64,000 nt of DNA from Candidatus Woesearchaeota archaeon (GTDB lineage: Archaea; Nanobdellota; Nanobdellia; Pacearchaeales; GW2011-AR1). Shown here in pieces: positions 1 to 9,933 of the stretch. The notes beneath the pieces are model-generated. The model was not told the origin of the DNA. It saw only the letters and a list, made by a program, of their open reading frames with translations, and made no database searches. The stretch covers positions 22,726-86,725 of the forward strand of contig CAZETU010000004.1 in the NCBI GenBank assembly GCA_964514585.1. Reading direction: 5' to 3'. Made by a program: the position numbers and the translations under genes. The stretch's first letter is position 1; each line of letters starts with the position of its first letter.

Positions 1-2532
1 ATCTATAAAATCAACGGCCAAACAAAAACAAGACAAGATTTACTAGAGCTACTTTCCCAAGGCGGAATCGACCCAAATGGATTCAACATCGTCCTTCAAG
101 GCGAAATCCAATCTCTAGTCAAAGCAACATCAGAAGAAAGAAGAAAAATAATCGAAGAAGTCGCAGGAATTTCAATTTACGAAACAAGAAAACACAAATC
201 CTTAAGAGAGCTAGAAAAAACCGAAGAGAAATTAAAAGAAATCTCCGCCGTTCTAAAAGAAAGAGTATCTTATTTAAAAAATCTGGATAAAGAAAGACAA
301 GAAGCAATATCATACCAAAAACTTGAAAAAACAATAAAAAAATGCAAAGCAACACTTCTCTCAAGAAGCATGAACGAAAAAGAAATTGAAATTTCAAAAC
401 TCAATAAAGCAATTGAAGAATTCGAAATAGAAATAGAAAAACTAAGAAAATTAATCTATGAAAAAAACGAAGGCGTAGATAAGCTCCAAGACAAAATAGT
501 CGTAGTTAACAAACAAATCCAATCTTCAACTAGCGAAGAACAAGAAATACTACACAGAGAAATATCAGACCTAAAGGCAGATCTTGCAGGATTAAATGTC
601 AGACGAGAAAACTTCGAGAACAGAATTATTCAAGGAAAAGAAAAAATAGATGAGCACAAAGAAAAAATCGAAAATCTAAACTTAGAAATATCAAAAATCC
701 AAACCAGCAGCCCAGAGATTAAAAAACAACAAGAACAACAAAAAATCTTACAAGACAAATTCGACATCCTCGAACAACAAAGAAGAAAATTTTACATGTT
801 AAAATCAGAACTCTCAACCCTAGAAAACCAAAAATTCGAAAAAGAAAAAACATTAATCGAATCGAAAAAAGAAGTTCAACTTATCGAACAAAACATAACC
901 TCGCTATTTCACGAAATCAAATATGCCAAATCAGTAGAAAAAGTCAAAGAGCTGAAAAAAGAATCTGAAAAAGAGATTGACGAAATTCAAAATAAGATCG
1001 CCAAATTAGAAGAAGAAATTTTAGAAAAGGAAAAACGCGTAGCCATTCTTGGACAAGATGTCAAAAGAGAAGAAAAATTAAAAGATGACATTACAAAATT
1101 AGACAAATGCCCAGTCTGCAAACAAGATGTTAAAAACGAATACAAAGACGATATTTCCATAAACGCCAATATAAAAATAGACGCAGCCAAAATCGAAATC
1201 GAACAAAGCATGAAAACCAGAGAAGAAAACGCGAAGAAAATCGCTTTACTAAAACAGTCCCGTTCATCCCTAAGAACAAAAATAAACGAATTAGATATCG
1301 ACCAATTCAAACTGCAAAACTCAGAAGAGAAAAAGAAGCAAATTCAAAAAATAACACTTATGCAAGAAGAATCCCAAAAAGAACTCGTAAAAATTAATGA
1401 GAAAAATCATTCAATACGAGAAGAATTTGAAAAACTAAAAGACATCGAAGAAAAATACGACGACACAAGATTAAAACTGCAAGAACTAAGCTTCGCAGAT
1501 ATGGACGTCGACACAGAAATAACAGTCAAACAAAGAGAAGTAAGTAGATTAAGTATGGAACTAAAATCCTCAACAAGAGATATAGAAGATTCAACAGTAG
1601 AACTCAAAAAAATAGAAGTCCTAATTATTGAAAAAGACAAATTAGTTGGCAAAAAAGAAATTGAAGAACAAAAGCTATATGAAAAATTCCAAAAATTCTT
1701 CGAAGAAAGAAACGAAATCCAAGACCAACAAAAAGTCTTAGAAACCGACGTCGTAGGAATGCAACATACAGCAAGAAATTTCGAAGACAAAATAAACCAC
1801 AACAAAATCCAAAGAGCCCAATACAAAGCTCAAATAGATTCCATCAAATCAGAACTAACAGAATTTGGCTCTATAGAAATACTAAGTATACCAATAGATC
1901 AAATCAAAGAAAGACTCCAAAAATCTCAATTCAAAATATCAAGATTAGGAAACGTAAATCTAAGAGCCCTAGAAGTTTTCGACAAGGTTGGAGAACAAGT
2001 AAAACTAATACAAGAAAAAGTTACAATAATCATACAAGAAAAAGAAAAAATTGAAACCATTATAGCAGAAATTGACAAGAAAAAGAAAAAGTCTTTCTTA
2101 GGAACACTAGAAGCTGTTAACGAATACTTCACAAGAAATTTCAAACAGCTATCCAGAAAAGGCGAAGTCTTCCTAGAACTAGAAAACAAAAAAGAACCCT
2201 TCGACGGAGGGCTAAACATTTTAATCAAAGTCTCCCGTGGAAAATACTTCGACATCACAAGCCTATCAGGCGGAGAAAAAACAATGGTAGCCCTAGCCCT
2301 AATCTTCGCGATACAAGAATACAAACCATACTGCTTCTACGTCTTCGACGAAATCGACGCCGCCCTAGACAAACACAACTCAGAACTCCTAGCAGCCCTA
2401 ATCAAAAAATACATGACAACCGGCCAATACATCGTAGTAACCCACAACGACACTCTAATCTCAGAAGCCACAAATATCTACGGAGTATCCATGCAAGAAA
2501 ATATCTCTAAAATAATTAGCTTGAAACTTTAA
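1..2532 (+). CDS. smc: SMC-family chromosome segregation ATPase, 5'-truncated, with central CxxC zinc-hook-like motif
   Basis: Frame is open from base 1 (IYKINGQ...FNIVLQGEIQ...EERRKIIEEVAGISIYE, the SMC N-head/Q-loop region). Long coiled coils, GNVNLRA neck, LSGGEK signature, FDEIDAALD Walker B/D-loop. CPVC at 1108-1119. Confidence 0.93.
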   Translation: MYKINGQTKTRQDLLELLSQGGIDPNGFNIVLQGEIQSLVKATSEERRKIIEEVAGISIYETRKHKSLRELEKTEEKLKEISAVLKERVSYLKNLDKERQEAISYQKLEKTIKKCKATLLSRSMNEKEIEISKLNKAIEEFEIEIEKLRKLIYEKNEGVDKLQDKIVVVNKQIQSSTSEEQEILHREISDLKADLAGLNVRRENFENRIIQGKEKIDEHKEKIENLNLEISKIQTSSPEIKKQQEQQKILQDKFDILEQQRRKFYMLKSELSTLENQKFEKEKTLIESKKEVQLIEQNITSLFHEIKYAKSVEKVKELKKESEKEIDEIQNKIAKLEEEILEKEKRVAILGQDVKREEKLKDDITKLDKCPVCKQDVKNEYKDDISINANIKIDAAKIEIEQSMKTREENAKKIALLKQSRSSLRTKINELDIDQFKLQNSEEKKKQIQKITLMQEESQKELVKINEKNHSIREEFEKLKDIEEKYDDTRLKLQELSFADMDVDTEITVKQREVSRLSMELKSSTRDIEDSTVELKKIEVLIIEKDKLVGKKEIEEQKLYEKFQKFFEERNEIQDQQKVLETDVVGMQHTARNFEDKINHNKIQRAQYKAQIDSIKSELTEFGSIEILSIPIDQIKERLQKSQFKISRLGNVNLRALEVFDKVGEQVKLIQEKVTIIIQEKEKIETIIAEIDKKKKKSFLGTLEAVNEYFTRNFKQLSRKGEVFLELENKKEPFDGGLNILIKVSRGKYFDITSLSGGEKTMVALALIFAIQEYKPYCFYVFDEIDAALDKHNSELLAALIKKYMTTGQYIVVTHNDTLISEATNIYGVSMQENISKIISLKL

Positions 2533-4103
2533 TTACAAAAATCAACAACAAAATACTTAGCAGTTAACTTCTCACCAGTCGCTCTCTCAACCAACTCAGA
2601 CGAAGTATACTTGTTCCCAGCCTTAAAAATTTTCTCAATCAAATACTTTGAAACATCCTTGTTTCCAGAATAATCACTATCAAAATCCCCCACATAATTC
2701 TCAACAATATAATTATGCAACTGACTCGCCATCAACTCCCCAAGCATATAATGATGATAATAAACAGGACAACTCGCCAAATGAACTTTAGAAGCCCAAT
2801 CTGGCTTATCACGACTAAAATCAATCAACTGATATTTCTTAACCATGTCCCACCAAAGCTTATTCAAATCTTGATCCGGATTCCTATACAACTCCTGCTC
2901 AAAATTAAACATAACTAGGCACCACCTACAAAAAACAATCTGTCTCACCCTCAACATCTTACTAATATCTTCTCGAACACCCTCAACATCAGCACCACAA
3001 TAACTCTTAATAAAATTAGGGTTCCTTGACTTCCTCCCAAACAACAAGGCAATAGCCTCGGTAGTATATATATTAGGACTATCTCTCAAAAGAAATGAAT
3101 CGGCCTCATCATAATTCTTACCATACACCGCATGCCCCAATTCATGCAAAATCGTGTCCATCCACTTTTCATTATTTATCAAATTATTAATCGTCCTAAC
3201 ATCTCCCTTTCTATCCATATCAATACAACAAGCATGGGGATATTTTCCCTTACGCTCATAAAGATCACTGAACTTAATAATATCGTCAATATCAAACCCC
3301 AAACTTTCATAGTAACTCCTAGCTTTAACTAAAATATCCTCACCATAAAAAGAATCCAAATCAACATCATAAATACTCGGTCCCTCCTGGAAATAAGGAT
3401 CCTCATAATGCCACGGCCGAAGCTCACTCTTGTCAATATCATGCTTAACAGACAAATAATCATTTATCTCCCCCATCAATTTTCTAAATGGAGCATCAGT
3501 TTTTTCCTCAAGCTCATCAAAAACCTTTTTCAACTCATCAATATTTTGTTCTTGAAATTCCAACGACATCAAATAATAATTCTCAAAACCCAAACTCTTA
3601 GCAAGTTTATTCCTCAACTTAATAATCTCAACGATAGGACCACAACAAATCTCCCCTCTTTTCTTGCTAGCCTCCCAAGCCTCTTTTAATTTACCAGAAT
3701 CTTTCTCTTTAGACAAAATTTTCTTAATATCATTATCACTAACATCCTCTCCACCAAGACTAGGACGAAAAACATTAAACATCTTTTTCACGGCTCCTTC
3801 TTTTCTAGTAATCTCCTCCACCAAAGCTTTATCTCCAGCTGCCTCCAAACAAAGATTATATAATATTTTCAACTTACGCTTCAACTTAGGCTCCAAACCC
3901 TCAATTTCCAAAAATTTCTTCACCTTCCCAAAATCATCAGAATTATTAAAAAAATTCTTAATCTTCAAGTCCGCCTCAGTATACGCCTCATACTTTTCAT
4001 CCTCACCACTCAAAACAGCATCCCAATAAGAACAAGTCTCACCACGATACAACTCCCCATAACCTCGTTCTTTCTCATCAACAAAAGCACCAGAGTCTTC
4101 CAT
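2529..4103 (-). CDS. M3/M2-family zinc oligopeptidase
   Basis: HELGH zinc motif, downstream TEAIA glutamate, HLAS...YYHHY C-terminal motif typical of M3-like peptidases. Confidence 0.85.
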   Translation of the reverse strand: MEDSGAFVDEKERGYGELYRGETCSYWDAVLSGEDEKYEAYTEADLKIKNFFNNSDDFGKVKKFLEIEGLEPKLKRKLKILYNLCLEAAGDKALVEEITRKEGAVKKMFNVFRPSLGGEDVSDNDIKKILSKEKDSGKLKEAWEASKKRGEICCGPIVEIIKLRNKLAKSLGFENYYLMSLEFQEQNIDELKKVFDELEEKTDAPFRKLMGEINDYLSVKHDIDKSELRPWHYEDPYFQEGPSIYDVDLDSFYGEDILVKARSYYESLGFDIDDIIKFSDLYERKGKYPHACCIDMDRKGDVRTINNLINNEKWMDTILHELGHAVYGKNYDEADSFLLRDSPNIYTTEAIALLFGRKSRNPNFIKSYCGADVEGVREDISKMLRVRQIVFCRWCLVMFNFEQELYRNPDQDLNKLWWDMVKKYQLIDFSRDKPDWASKVHLASCPVYYHHYMLGELMASQLHNYIVENYVGDFDSDYSGNKDVSKYLIEKIFKAGNKYTSSELVERATGEKLTAKYFVVDFCN

Positions 4104-4173
4104 ATATAAACAAGAATAATTATAATTTATATGTCTATCCCCCTACCATAATAACTACAAAAATCTTCTAATT

Positions 4174-4656
4174 TTAAACTCTAGCCCAATATTTTTTAGC
4201 CCCATGTTTCTTTAAGAAACCATAGCCCTTGCTTGACCAATAACCAGGATTTGTAACATTAGATAAATAAATTCTTTCTTCACATCCAAGCCTCTCACCT
4301 AGAACATGCATCAAATCAAACAGCATGTCTCCACTCTTACCATCCCCTCTTTGTGCACGACGAAGTTCATACCAACAAACACACATAGCAGGATTAGATA
4401 AACGATAAAGAAATTCAACCGAAGTACAATCAAGGGGCCAAATAGGATTGTGCTTCATCGGTACAATAAAATCTTCAACAATAATCGAATTTTCAATAAC
4501 TTCAGAATCTGGCCACCATCGTTCATAAAATCCCTTATCTCGATTTCTTTCATTAACACTTATTTTAACAATTGGAGAGTGAAAATTGATTTTTAAACCA
4601 AGGAAATCTTCATTAACTCTTTCTATAATCCCTCTAATGTCTTCTATATCTCTCAT
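4174..4656 (-). CDS. Hypothetical protein (possible GNAT-like fold)
   Basis: 160-aa ORF. The C-terminal segment RGDGKSG...NPGYWSSKGY loosely resembles acetyltransferase motifs A/B. Confidence 0.5.
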   Translation of the reverse strand: MRDIEDIRGIIERVNEDFLGLKINFHSPIVKISVNERNRDKGFYERWWPDSEVIENSIIVEDFIVPMKHNPIWPLDCTSVEFLYRLSNPAMCVCWYELRRAQRGDGKSGDMLFDLMHVLGERLGCEERIYLSNVTNPGYWSSKGYGFLKKHGAKKYWARV

Positions 4657-4735
4657 TATAAAAAATAAAAACCACCCCTACTTTCTCTTTCAACCTTTCT
4701 CTTTCAAATAAAAAATAAAATAAAATTTAAACTAA

Positions 4736-5935
4736 TTAATAATAACTAGTTTCTACTTCTTCCATTGGCTTTTCTTTTCGAGTAAGAAGGACAATTAAAA
4801 CTGCAAGGAGTACAACAAAGATAATCACAAGGATTACTGTTAAAGCAACAACAGATGACGAGACATTAGTCCCAACAACGTTAGCTCCGAAAACAGCTTG
4901 TTTACCGTCAACATCTACAGAGAAAGTATAAGTTCCAATTGCAGCATCATCGTCTGCAGTAACTGTTATAGAAACTGTTTCGCTAGCATCTGGGCCAACA
5001 GTAACTACTGAAGGAGCCGATACGCTCAAAACATCTCCGGAAACAGCACTAATCTGGAAAACCTTAACATTATCTGCCGAGTTAACAATAACCAATTCAT
5101 AAGTTACTGTTTCTCCTGCGTTTAAGTCCTTACTTTTTACAGCCGACAAAACCATAGTAGAAGCCGCATCATCAATACTGATAAGCTTCTTCACAATAGT
5201 TTCAGTGTCTTCATTGTAAACCACGATTTCCATTTCATAAACACCGCTATCAGCGTTCGTTGGAATCTTCAAGTATACAATTTCTTCATGAGAGTCTTCT
5301 TCGTGATCTTCTTCTCCGTCTTCGATAGGAATCAAGTCTCTAGCATAACCTCGAGTGGAAACACCCAAAGCTGGAATAGAGGCAACAACGTAAACGTCGT
5401 CCATCCTATTGTAACCATTGTTCTTTATAACAATAGAAACAGGAATAACTTCTCCGCCTTGAACTTTAGAAGTATAGTCAACAGATAAGATTTCAAGAGT
5501 ATATGATTCTCTCTGCATCTTAACAGTATAGTCAACTTCAGATCTATCGTTCTTAGAAACAACTTCAACATAAAGAGTATATTCTTCAGATAAGTCGTTA
5601 GCGTCAGAAGGAAGTCTCAAAGATAAAAGCTTAGTATATGTTGTACCATCTTCGATATCGAATCTAGTAGTAGAAGCCGAAACATCGTCCCGGTGACCTT
5701 CCATATATACCTTAACTTTAACGTCACTCATGTCTTTACTCGCGTCGAAAATAACCTTAACGGGGACTGTACCTGAAACGTCACCAGCCATATTAGTATT
5801 TTGATTTAACCAAACTCCATTGAATTCGGTATCAATACCAGTAACCAGTTCGTCAGCAGAGGCAAAGCCTACAACCATCAAAGTTAAAACTGCAATAAAA
5901 GCAACCAAAAGCACATTTCTTTTCATATTTTTCAT
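4736..5935 (-). CDS. Secreted, C-terminally anchored surface protein (S-layer/CARDB-like Ig domains)
   Basis: Signal peptide MKNMKRNVLLVAFIAVLTLMVVGFASA, beta-rich Ig-like repeats, C-terminal TM helix. Start moved to the ATG at 5935. Confidence 0.75.
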   Translation of the reverse strand: MKNMKRNVLLVAFIAVLTLMVVGFASADELVTGIDTEFNGVWLNQNTNMAGDVSGTVPVKVIFDASKDMSDVKVKVYMEGHRDDVSASTTRFDIEDGTTYTKLLSLRLPSDANDLSEEYTLYVEVVSKNDRSEVDYTVKMQRESYTLEILSVDYTSKVQGGEVIPVSIVIKNNGYNRMDDVYVVASIPALGVSTRGYARDLIPIEDGEEDHEEDSHEEIVYLKIPTNADSGVYEMEIVVYNEDTETIVKKLISIDDAASTMVLSAVKSKDLNAGETVTYELVIVNSADNVKVFQISAVSGDVLSVSAPSVVTVGPDASETVSITVTADDDAAIGTYTFSVDVDGKQAVFGANVVGTNVSSSVVALTVILVIIFVVLLAVLIVLLTRKEKPMEEVETSYY

Positions 5936-6066
5936 TTTGAATTTAGTTAAAATTGAAACAAATGAAAAGTATATAAAGCTTACCATTGTTGTAATTCCAG
6001 AAGGACGAAAACACTTAAAAAGTATACTGAAGTATACAATATGTCACAAAAGATAGTAATAAAAAA

Positions 6067-6333
6067 ATGGCTAAAAAAAACAACCCCGAAGGAAAGATAA
6101 CAACAATAAAACTCTTAGATGAGACTAAACTTCGTATCGAGAAATTACGAGAACACAAGAGAGAATCCTACGATGATATCCTAAGAAAAATACTATATGT
6201 TCTAAATGTAGCCAGAGAAAGCCCAGAGAAAGCAAAAAGAGTTTTAGAAAGAATTGGGGAACTTCGAAATAGAATGCTTGAGGAAGAAAAACAGCTCAAA
6301 GAAGACCTGAAAAAAGAAAAAGAGATGGAATAA
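6067..6333 (+). CDS. Small DNA-binding protein, ribbon-helix-helix-like
   Basis: ITTIKL beta strand followed by two helices (ETKLRIEKL, SYDDILRKIL) and a coiled-coil tail. Confidence 0.6.
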   Translation: MAKKNNPEGKITTIKLLDETKLRIEKLREHKRESYDDILRKILYVLNVARESPEKAKRVLERIGELRNRMLEEEKQLKEDLKKEKEME

Positions 6334-6334
6334 A

Positions 6335-6619
6335 ATGAACATAGAATACGCTATCTCTGAACTATCACAAGATTTACTAATAAGAGGAGAAAATCATGCA
6401 AAAAAATCGTCTCAAAGAATTTATAATACAATCTTTGAAGAATACAAAGAAGAAAGAAGAATTATTGATTGTATCATTATTCCTTGGGCAAGGGCTAATG
6501 GAGTTACATCCAAAGACGAAATAGAAGGAGCGTTTGAAGAAGCTGAAGACATAATAAATCGACTTAACGAATTTAATGAAGATTGGCTCCGTCAATATTC
6601 AGAACACTGCCTCAATTAA
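6335..6619 (+). CDS. Hypothetical protein
   Basis: 94-aa ORF starting 1 nt after the previous stop. Confidence 0.55.
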   Translation: MNIEYAISELSQDLLIRGENHAKKSSQRIYNTIFEEYKEERRIIDCIIIPWARANGVTSKDEIEGAFEEAEDIINRLNEFNEDWLRQYSEHCLN

Positions 6620-7391
6620 TCCCTTCCCAAATCTCCAAACCCTTAGAAGAATCCAAAACAGGATCAGGACTCTCACAAATTATCACAACATCTTTATCAA
6701 TCCCCTTCAAAAAATTCAAAACACTTTCCCACTCACCCTTCTCAGTCAACTTATGCTTCCTCTCCCCCTTATCCCCATACTCAATCCCAGAAAAATGAAC
6801 ATGCCAGTTCTTACGAGAAAAAGCCTTCGCAATCGTCTCAAACTCATACTTCCCATACCGAGCCAAAACATGAGCAATATCAATACAAAAACTACACCCC
6901 GTCTCATCAACCAAATCAGCAACCTCATCAATCGAACCAAAAACATTAATCTTCCCCATCACCTCAGGACAAAGTTCAACATCCCAGCCATTCTTTCCAA
7001 TAACTTTCATCATCTCCAAAATCCCTTTCTTGATATTAACACCAGCCTTCTCACTGTTCATATCAGAATAAAACCCCGGATGAAAAACAATACTCCTCGC
7101 CCCAAGATAATGCCCAATCTCACAAGACTTCAAAATCCTCTGTTTCGACGCCTCAATCTTCTCAGGCTCTTTAGAATTCAAATTAACATAATACGGCGCA
7201 TGAATCGACAAACTAATCCCCAATCTCTTCGCAGCTTTCCCAATCTCAACAGCATCATCCCTCTTAATATAAGCCTGCCTCACAAACAAAACCTCACAAG
7301 CCTTAAAACCCAACTCGGAATATCTCTCTAAATTAGAAATCGCATCTTTAACCGGCCCAATCCCCGTCGGACCAAAAATAATCTTTGACAT
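6612..7391 (-). CDS. nfo: Endonuclease IV / AP endonuclease family 2 (TIM barrel)
   Basis: Metal-binding motifs SIHAPYYVNL, VFHPG, PEVMGK, CIDIAH, HVHFSG, ICESP. Confidence 0.9.
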   Translation of the reverse strand: MSKIIFGPTGIGPVKDAISNLERYSELGFKACEVLFVRQAYIKRDDAVEIGKAAKRLGISLSIHAPYYVNLNSKEPEKIEASKQRILKSCEIGHYLGARSIVFHPGFYSDMNSEKAGVNIKKGILEMMKVIGKNGWDVELCPEVMGKINVFGSIDEVADLVDETGCSFCIDIAHVLARYGKYEFETIAKAFSRKNWHVHFSGIEYGDKGERKHKLTEKGEWESVLNFLKGIDKDVVIICESPDPVLDSSKGLEIWEGIN

Positions 7392-7885
7392 TAAGCCCCA
7401 GTCGAATTAATCTCAGGCACATCCAAAACTTCCAAATTAATCCGCCCCAAATTCTGAACGATATTAGCGTGCAACCCCTTAATAATCAAATCCTGCAAAC
7501 CTTCCTTCAGCTCCCCATGACAATTCCCAATATTACTCTCAGGAATCATAACAATCCCCTCCGGCAAACTACACATCATTTCTTTATTCTCAAGCCTCAA
7601 AGAATCCTGATTATTCAACTGCCCCTGTAACAACCTCACATTAACTTTGCAAATTCCATCCTCATCACCGTCAATACGATATTCAAAAATCATTTCAGAC
7701 TCACCAATAAAAGTCGCCCGATCACAACCCCCAAGATAATTGTTAAAACACTCCCAATCATTACACTCCGCATAACTAAAAAAGAAAAACCAAATAATCC
7801 AAATCAAAATAACTAAAGACACCAAAAAAATAAACCACTTCAAATTAAAAATACTATTCTCCTTGCCCATCACCATGAATAACAA
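7391..7885 (-). CDS. Membrane-anchored hypothetical protein, Cys-containing
   Basis: N-terminal TM helix and a soluble domain with paired Cys. Confidence 0.7.
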   Translation of the reverse strand: MLFMVMGKENSIFNLKWFIFLVSLVILIWIIWFFFFSYAECNDWECFNNYLGGCDRATFIGESEMIFEYRIDGDEDGICKVNVRLLQGQLNNQDSLRLENKEMMCSLPEGIVMIPESNIGNCHGELKEGLQDLIIKGLHANIVQNLGRINLEVLDVPEINSTGA

Positions 7886-7914
7886 ACACCAACACGGTAT
7901 ATAAATATTATCAA

Positions 7915-8316
7915 TTATTTATTTTCTTTCAAAAAATTAACCAACTCATCAAGATCCTGAGCAACATAATCACAAACAGCATCTAACCAACTAGAATATT
8001 GTCTAGTTTCATCAACTCTCAAAGCATATACTTTCTTTCCAAGGGCCTTCGCAAATCCAGCCTCAATATAAATTCCCCTTGTATCAGACAAAACTAAGAT
8101 TAAAAATTCACAATCTTTTATAATTCTTTTTTGCTCCTCCCACACATCTTCCATACTCATATTCTGATGATGATGAGGAACGTAAACATCCAATCCAATT
8201 TCTTTTAATGCAGAAGCAATCTCATCATTCCTAGACAATTTCCAATCAGAAGACGACCAAACCCCTTTATCCTTAGGCTCCGTAGACCCAATCGGACTCG
8301 CCAAATATACAACCAT
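7915..8316 (-). CDS. Nucleoside 2'-deoxyribosyltransferase-fold protein
   Basis: VYLASP N-terminus and GIYIEAGFAKALGKKVY motif with the catalytic Glu. Confidence 0.75.
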   Translation of the reverse strand: MVVYLASPIGSTEPKDKGVWSSSDWKLSRNDEIASALKEIGLDVYVPHHHQNMSMEDVWEEQKRIIKDCEFLILVLSDTRGIYIEAGFAKALGKKVYALRVDETRQYSSWLDAVCDYVAQDLDELVNFLKENK

Positions 8317-8397
8317 AACAAATCAATAGTCGAAAAGCTATATAAAAGTTTTCAAAAAATAAAAAAAATAAAAAAAGGTCAATAAGACCCAATAAAT

Positions 8398-9567
8398 TTA
8401 CAAAGAAACTAATTGTATCTTCGTCTCTGGAATCTTTCCAAATGTCTTAGCTGCAACAGCTCTAGAGCCTAACTTCTCCGCTCCTTGAATAACAGCGCCA
8501 GTAGCACTGCCAACCATCAATACAAAAGCTTCCTTCGCGTTAACAGAATCAAGTCTCGAAGCAGGAACATTCTTAACAACTTCCAATTCGTCGTTCAAAA
8601 CCAAAACGTTCTTACCCTTAATCTCAGGGGCAAGCTCTCTCAGCTTCGAAATATCGCTATCGTTCAATTCTCTTCGAACAACATCTTCAGCCGGCTCAGA
8701 ATCAAATCTAGGCTTACGTTCAAATTTCTTTGAACGGTCCTCACCCTTACCTAAAAAAACTCTAGCAGGAACTTTCTTCCTCAATGCCTGCAATAATTCT
8801 TTTCCAGCAAGTTCTTCAACTTCCTTTCCGTCTGGAGCCTGCGCGATATAAACAACCTTAGCGTTGTCACAAACATTCTTTGCAATCAAATTTCCGCCTC
8901 GGTCGCCATCAACAAATAAAGTTAATTCTTTAGTTTCCCCAAGCTTCGTAATCGTCTTCGGAAACTTTGTTCCTTGCATACCAATAACATTCTTAATCCC
9001 ATGTTTCAACATGTTAATAACATCTGCTCGACCTTCACAAACAATCAATTCTTTCTCATTGTCAATATCAGGACCTGCCGCCAAACCTTCCGGACCGTAT
9101 TCAACAGCCTTAGAAACTCTATTAGATTCCCTAAGTTCAGTTTCCATTTCTGTAGAATCCATACCCTCGTTCTTAATTCCAGCCAGCAAAGCTTTCGCTC
9201 TCTCCATGATATAATCCCGCTTCGAACCTCTAACATCACTAATATCTCTAATAGTAATCTTAGCGTCGGTAGGACCAATCTTATCAATCGTTTCCAAAGA
9301 AGCCGCAATTATCGTAGTCTCGGTTTTATCCAATGCAGACGGAATCGTAATCTCTCCAGTTGTCTTGCCACCCTCGGTAACCAAATCAACTTCGATACGA
9401 CCAACTTTTCCTTCTTTTTGAAGTTCCCTCAGTTCCATGTCGCTGCCAAGCAAACCCTCGGTCTGCCCAAACAAAGCGCCAATAACATCAGGTTTCTGGA
9501 ACGGACCATCCGCTACGAAATCAGCTATAATCGAATATTTTATCGACGTTGGACTAATTTTTGCCAT
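8398..9567 (-). CDS. dnaG: Archaeal DnaG (TOPRIM primase-like, exosome-associated)
   Basis: KPDVIGALFGQTEGLLG N-terminus; TOPRIM motifs EGRADV and DGDRGG; SD-like AGGAG upstream. Confidence 0.95.
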   Translation of the reverse strand: MAKISPTSIKYSIIADFVADGPFQKPDVIGALFGQTEGLLGSDMELRELQKEGKVGRIEVDLVTEGGKTTGEITIPSALDKTETTIIAASLETIDKIGPTDAKITIRDISDVRGSKRDYIMERAKALLAGIKNEGMDSTEMETELRESNRVSKAVEYGPEGLAAGPDIDNEKELIVCEGRADVINMLKHGIKNVIGMQGTKFPKTITKLGETKELTLFVDGDRGGNLIAKNVCDNAKVVYIAQAPDGKEVEELAGKELLQALRKKVPARVFLGKGEDRSKKFERKPRFDSEPAEDVVRRELNDSDISKLRELAPEIKGKNVLVLNDELEVVKNVPASRLDSVNAKEAFVLMVGSATGAVIQGAEKLGSRAVAAKTFGKIPETKIQLVSL

Positions 9568-9849
9568 ACTTTATTTTCTCCTATTTAGTTCATTAGAAAT
9601 AACCTATTCTTTGCTCTTCTAAAGCCACTCGTGAATGTGAATGTGATAATCGTAATACTGATACCCTAAAGGCCATCTCTAACAAATATCAAAGCAATTT
9701 TCGCTTTTTAAAACTTACTATCCAAAGAAAGCATTAAAAAAAATAAACAATCCCCTTTAAATTCTTTTAGATTCTCGACAAAACAGAAAATTTTACACAA
9801 ATCTTTATAAACTTTCTAAGTCAAAAAAGTTTAAATAAAAGAGGGTAAA

Positions 9850-9924
9850 ATGGAACTCAACGAAGATAACAACCTTGAAACCGAAGAATTCGACGATAAG
9901 GAAGAACTCGGAGATGAGCAATAA
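9850..9924 (+). CDS. Putative 24-aa acidic micro-protein (MELNEDNNLETEEFDDKEELGDEQ)
   Basis: Hand translation. GAGGGT SD-like sequence 3 nt before the ATG; AT-rich promoter-like tract upstream. Confidence 0.5.
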   Translation: MELNEDNNLETEEFDDKEELGDEQ

Positions 9925-9933
9925 CCCAAAAAC

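Noticed and set aside
4682-4711. Direct repeat ctttctctttcaa x2
   Set aside because: Only two low-complexity copies with no spacers; not CRISPR, likely slippage in a terminator region.
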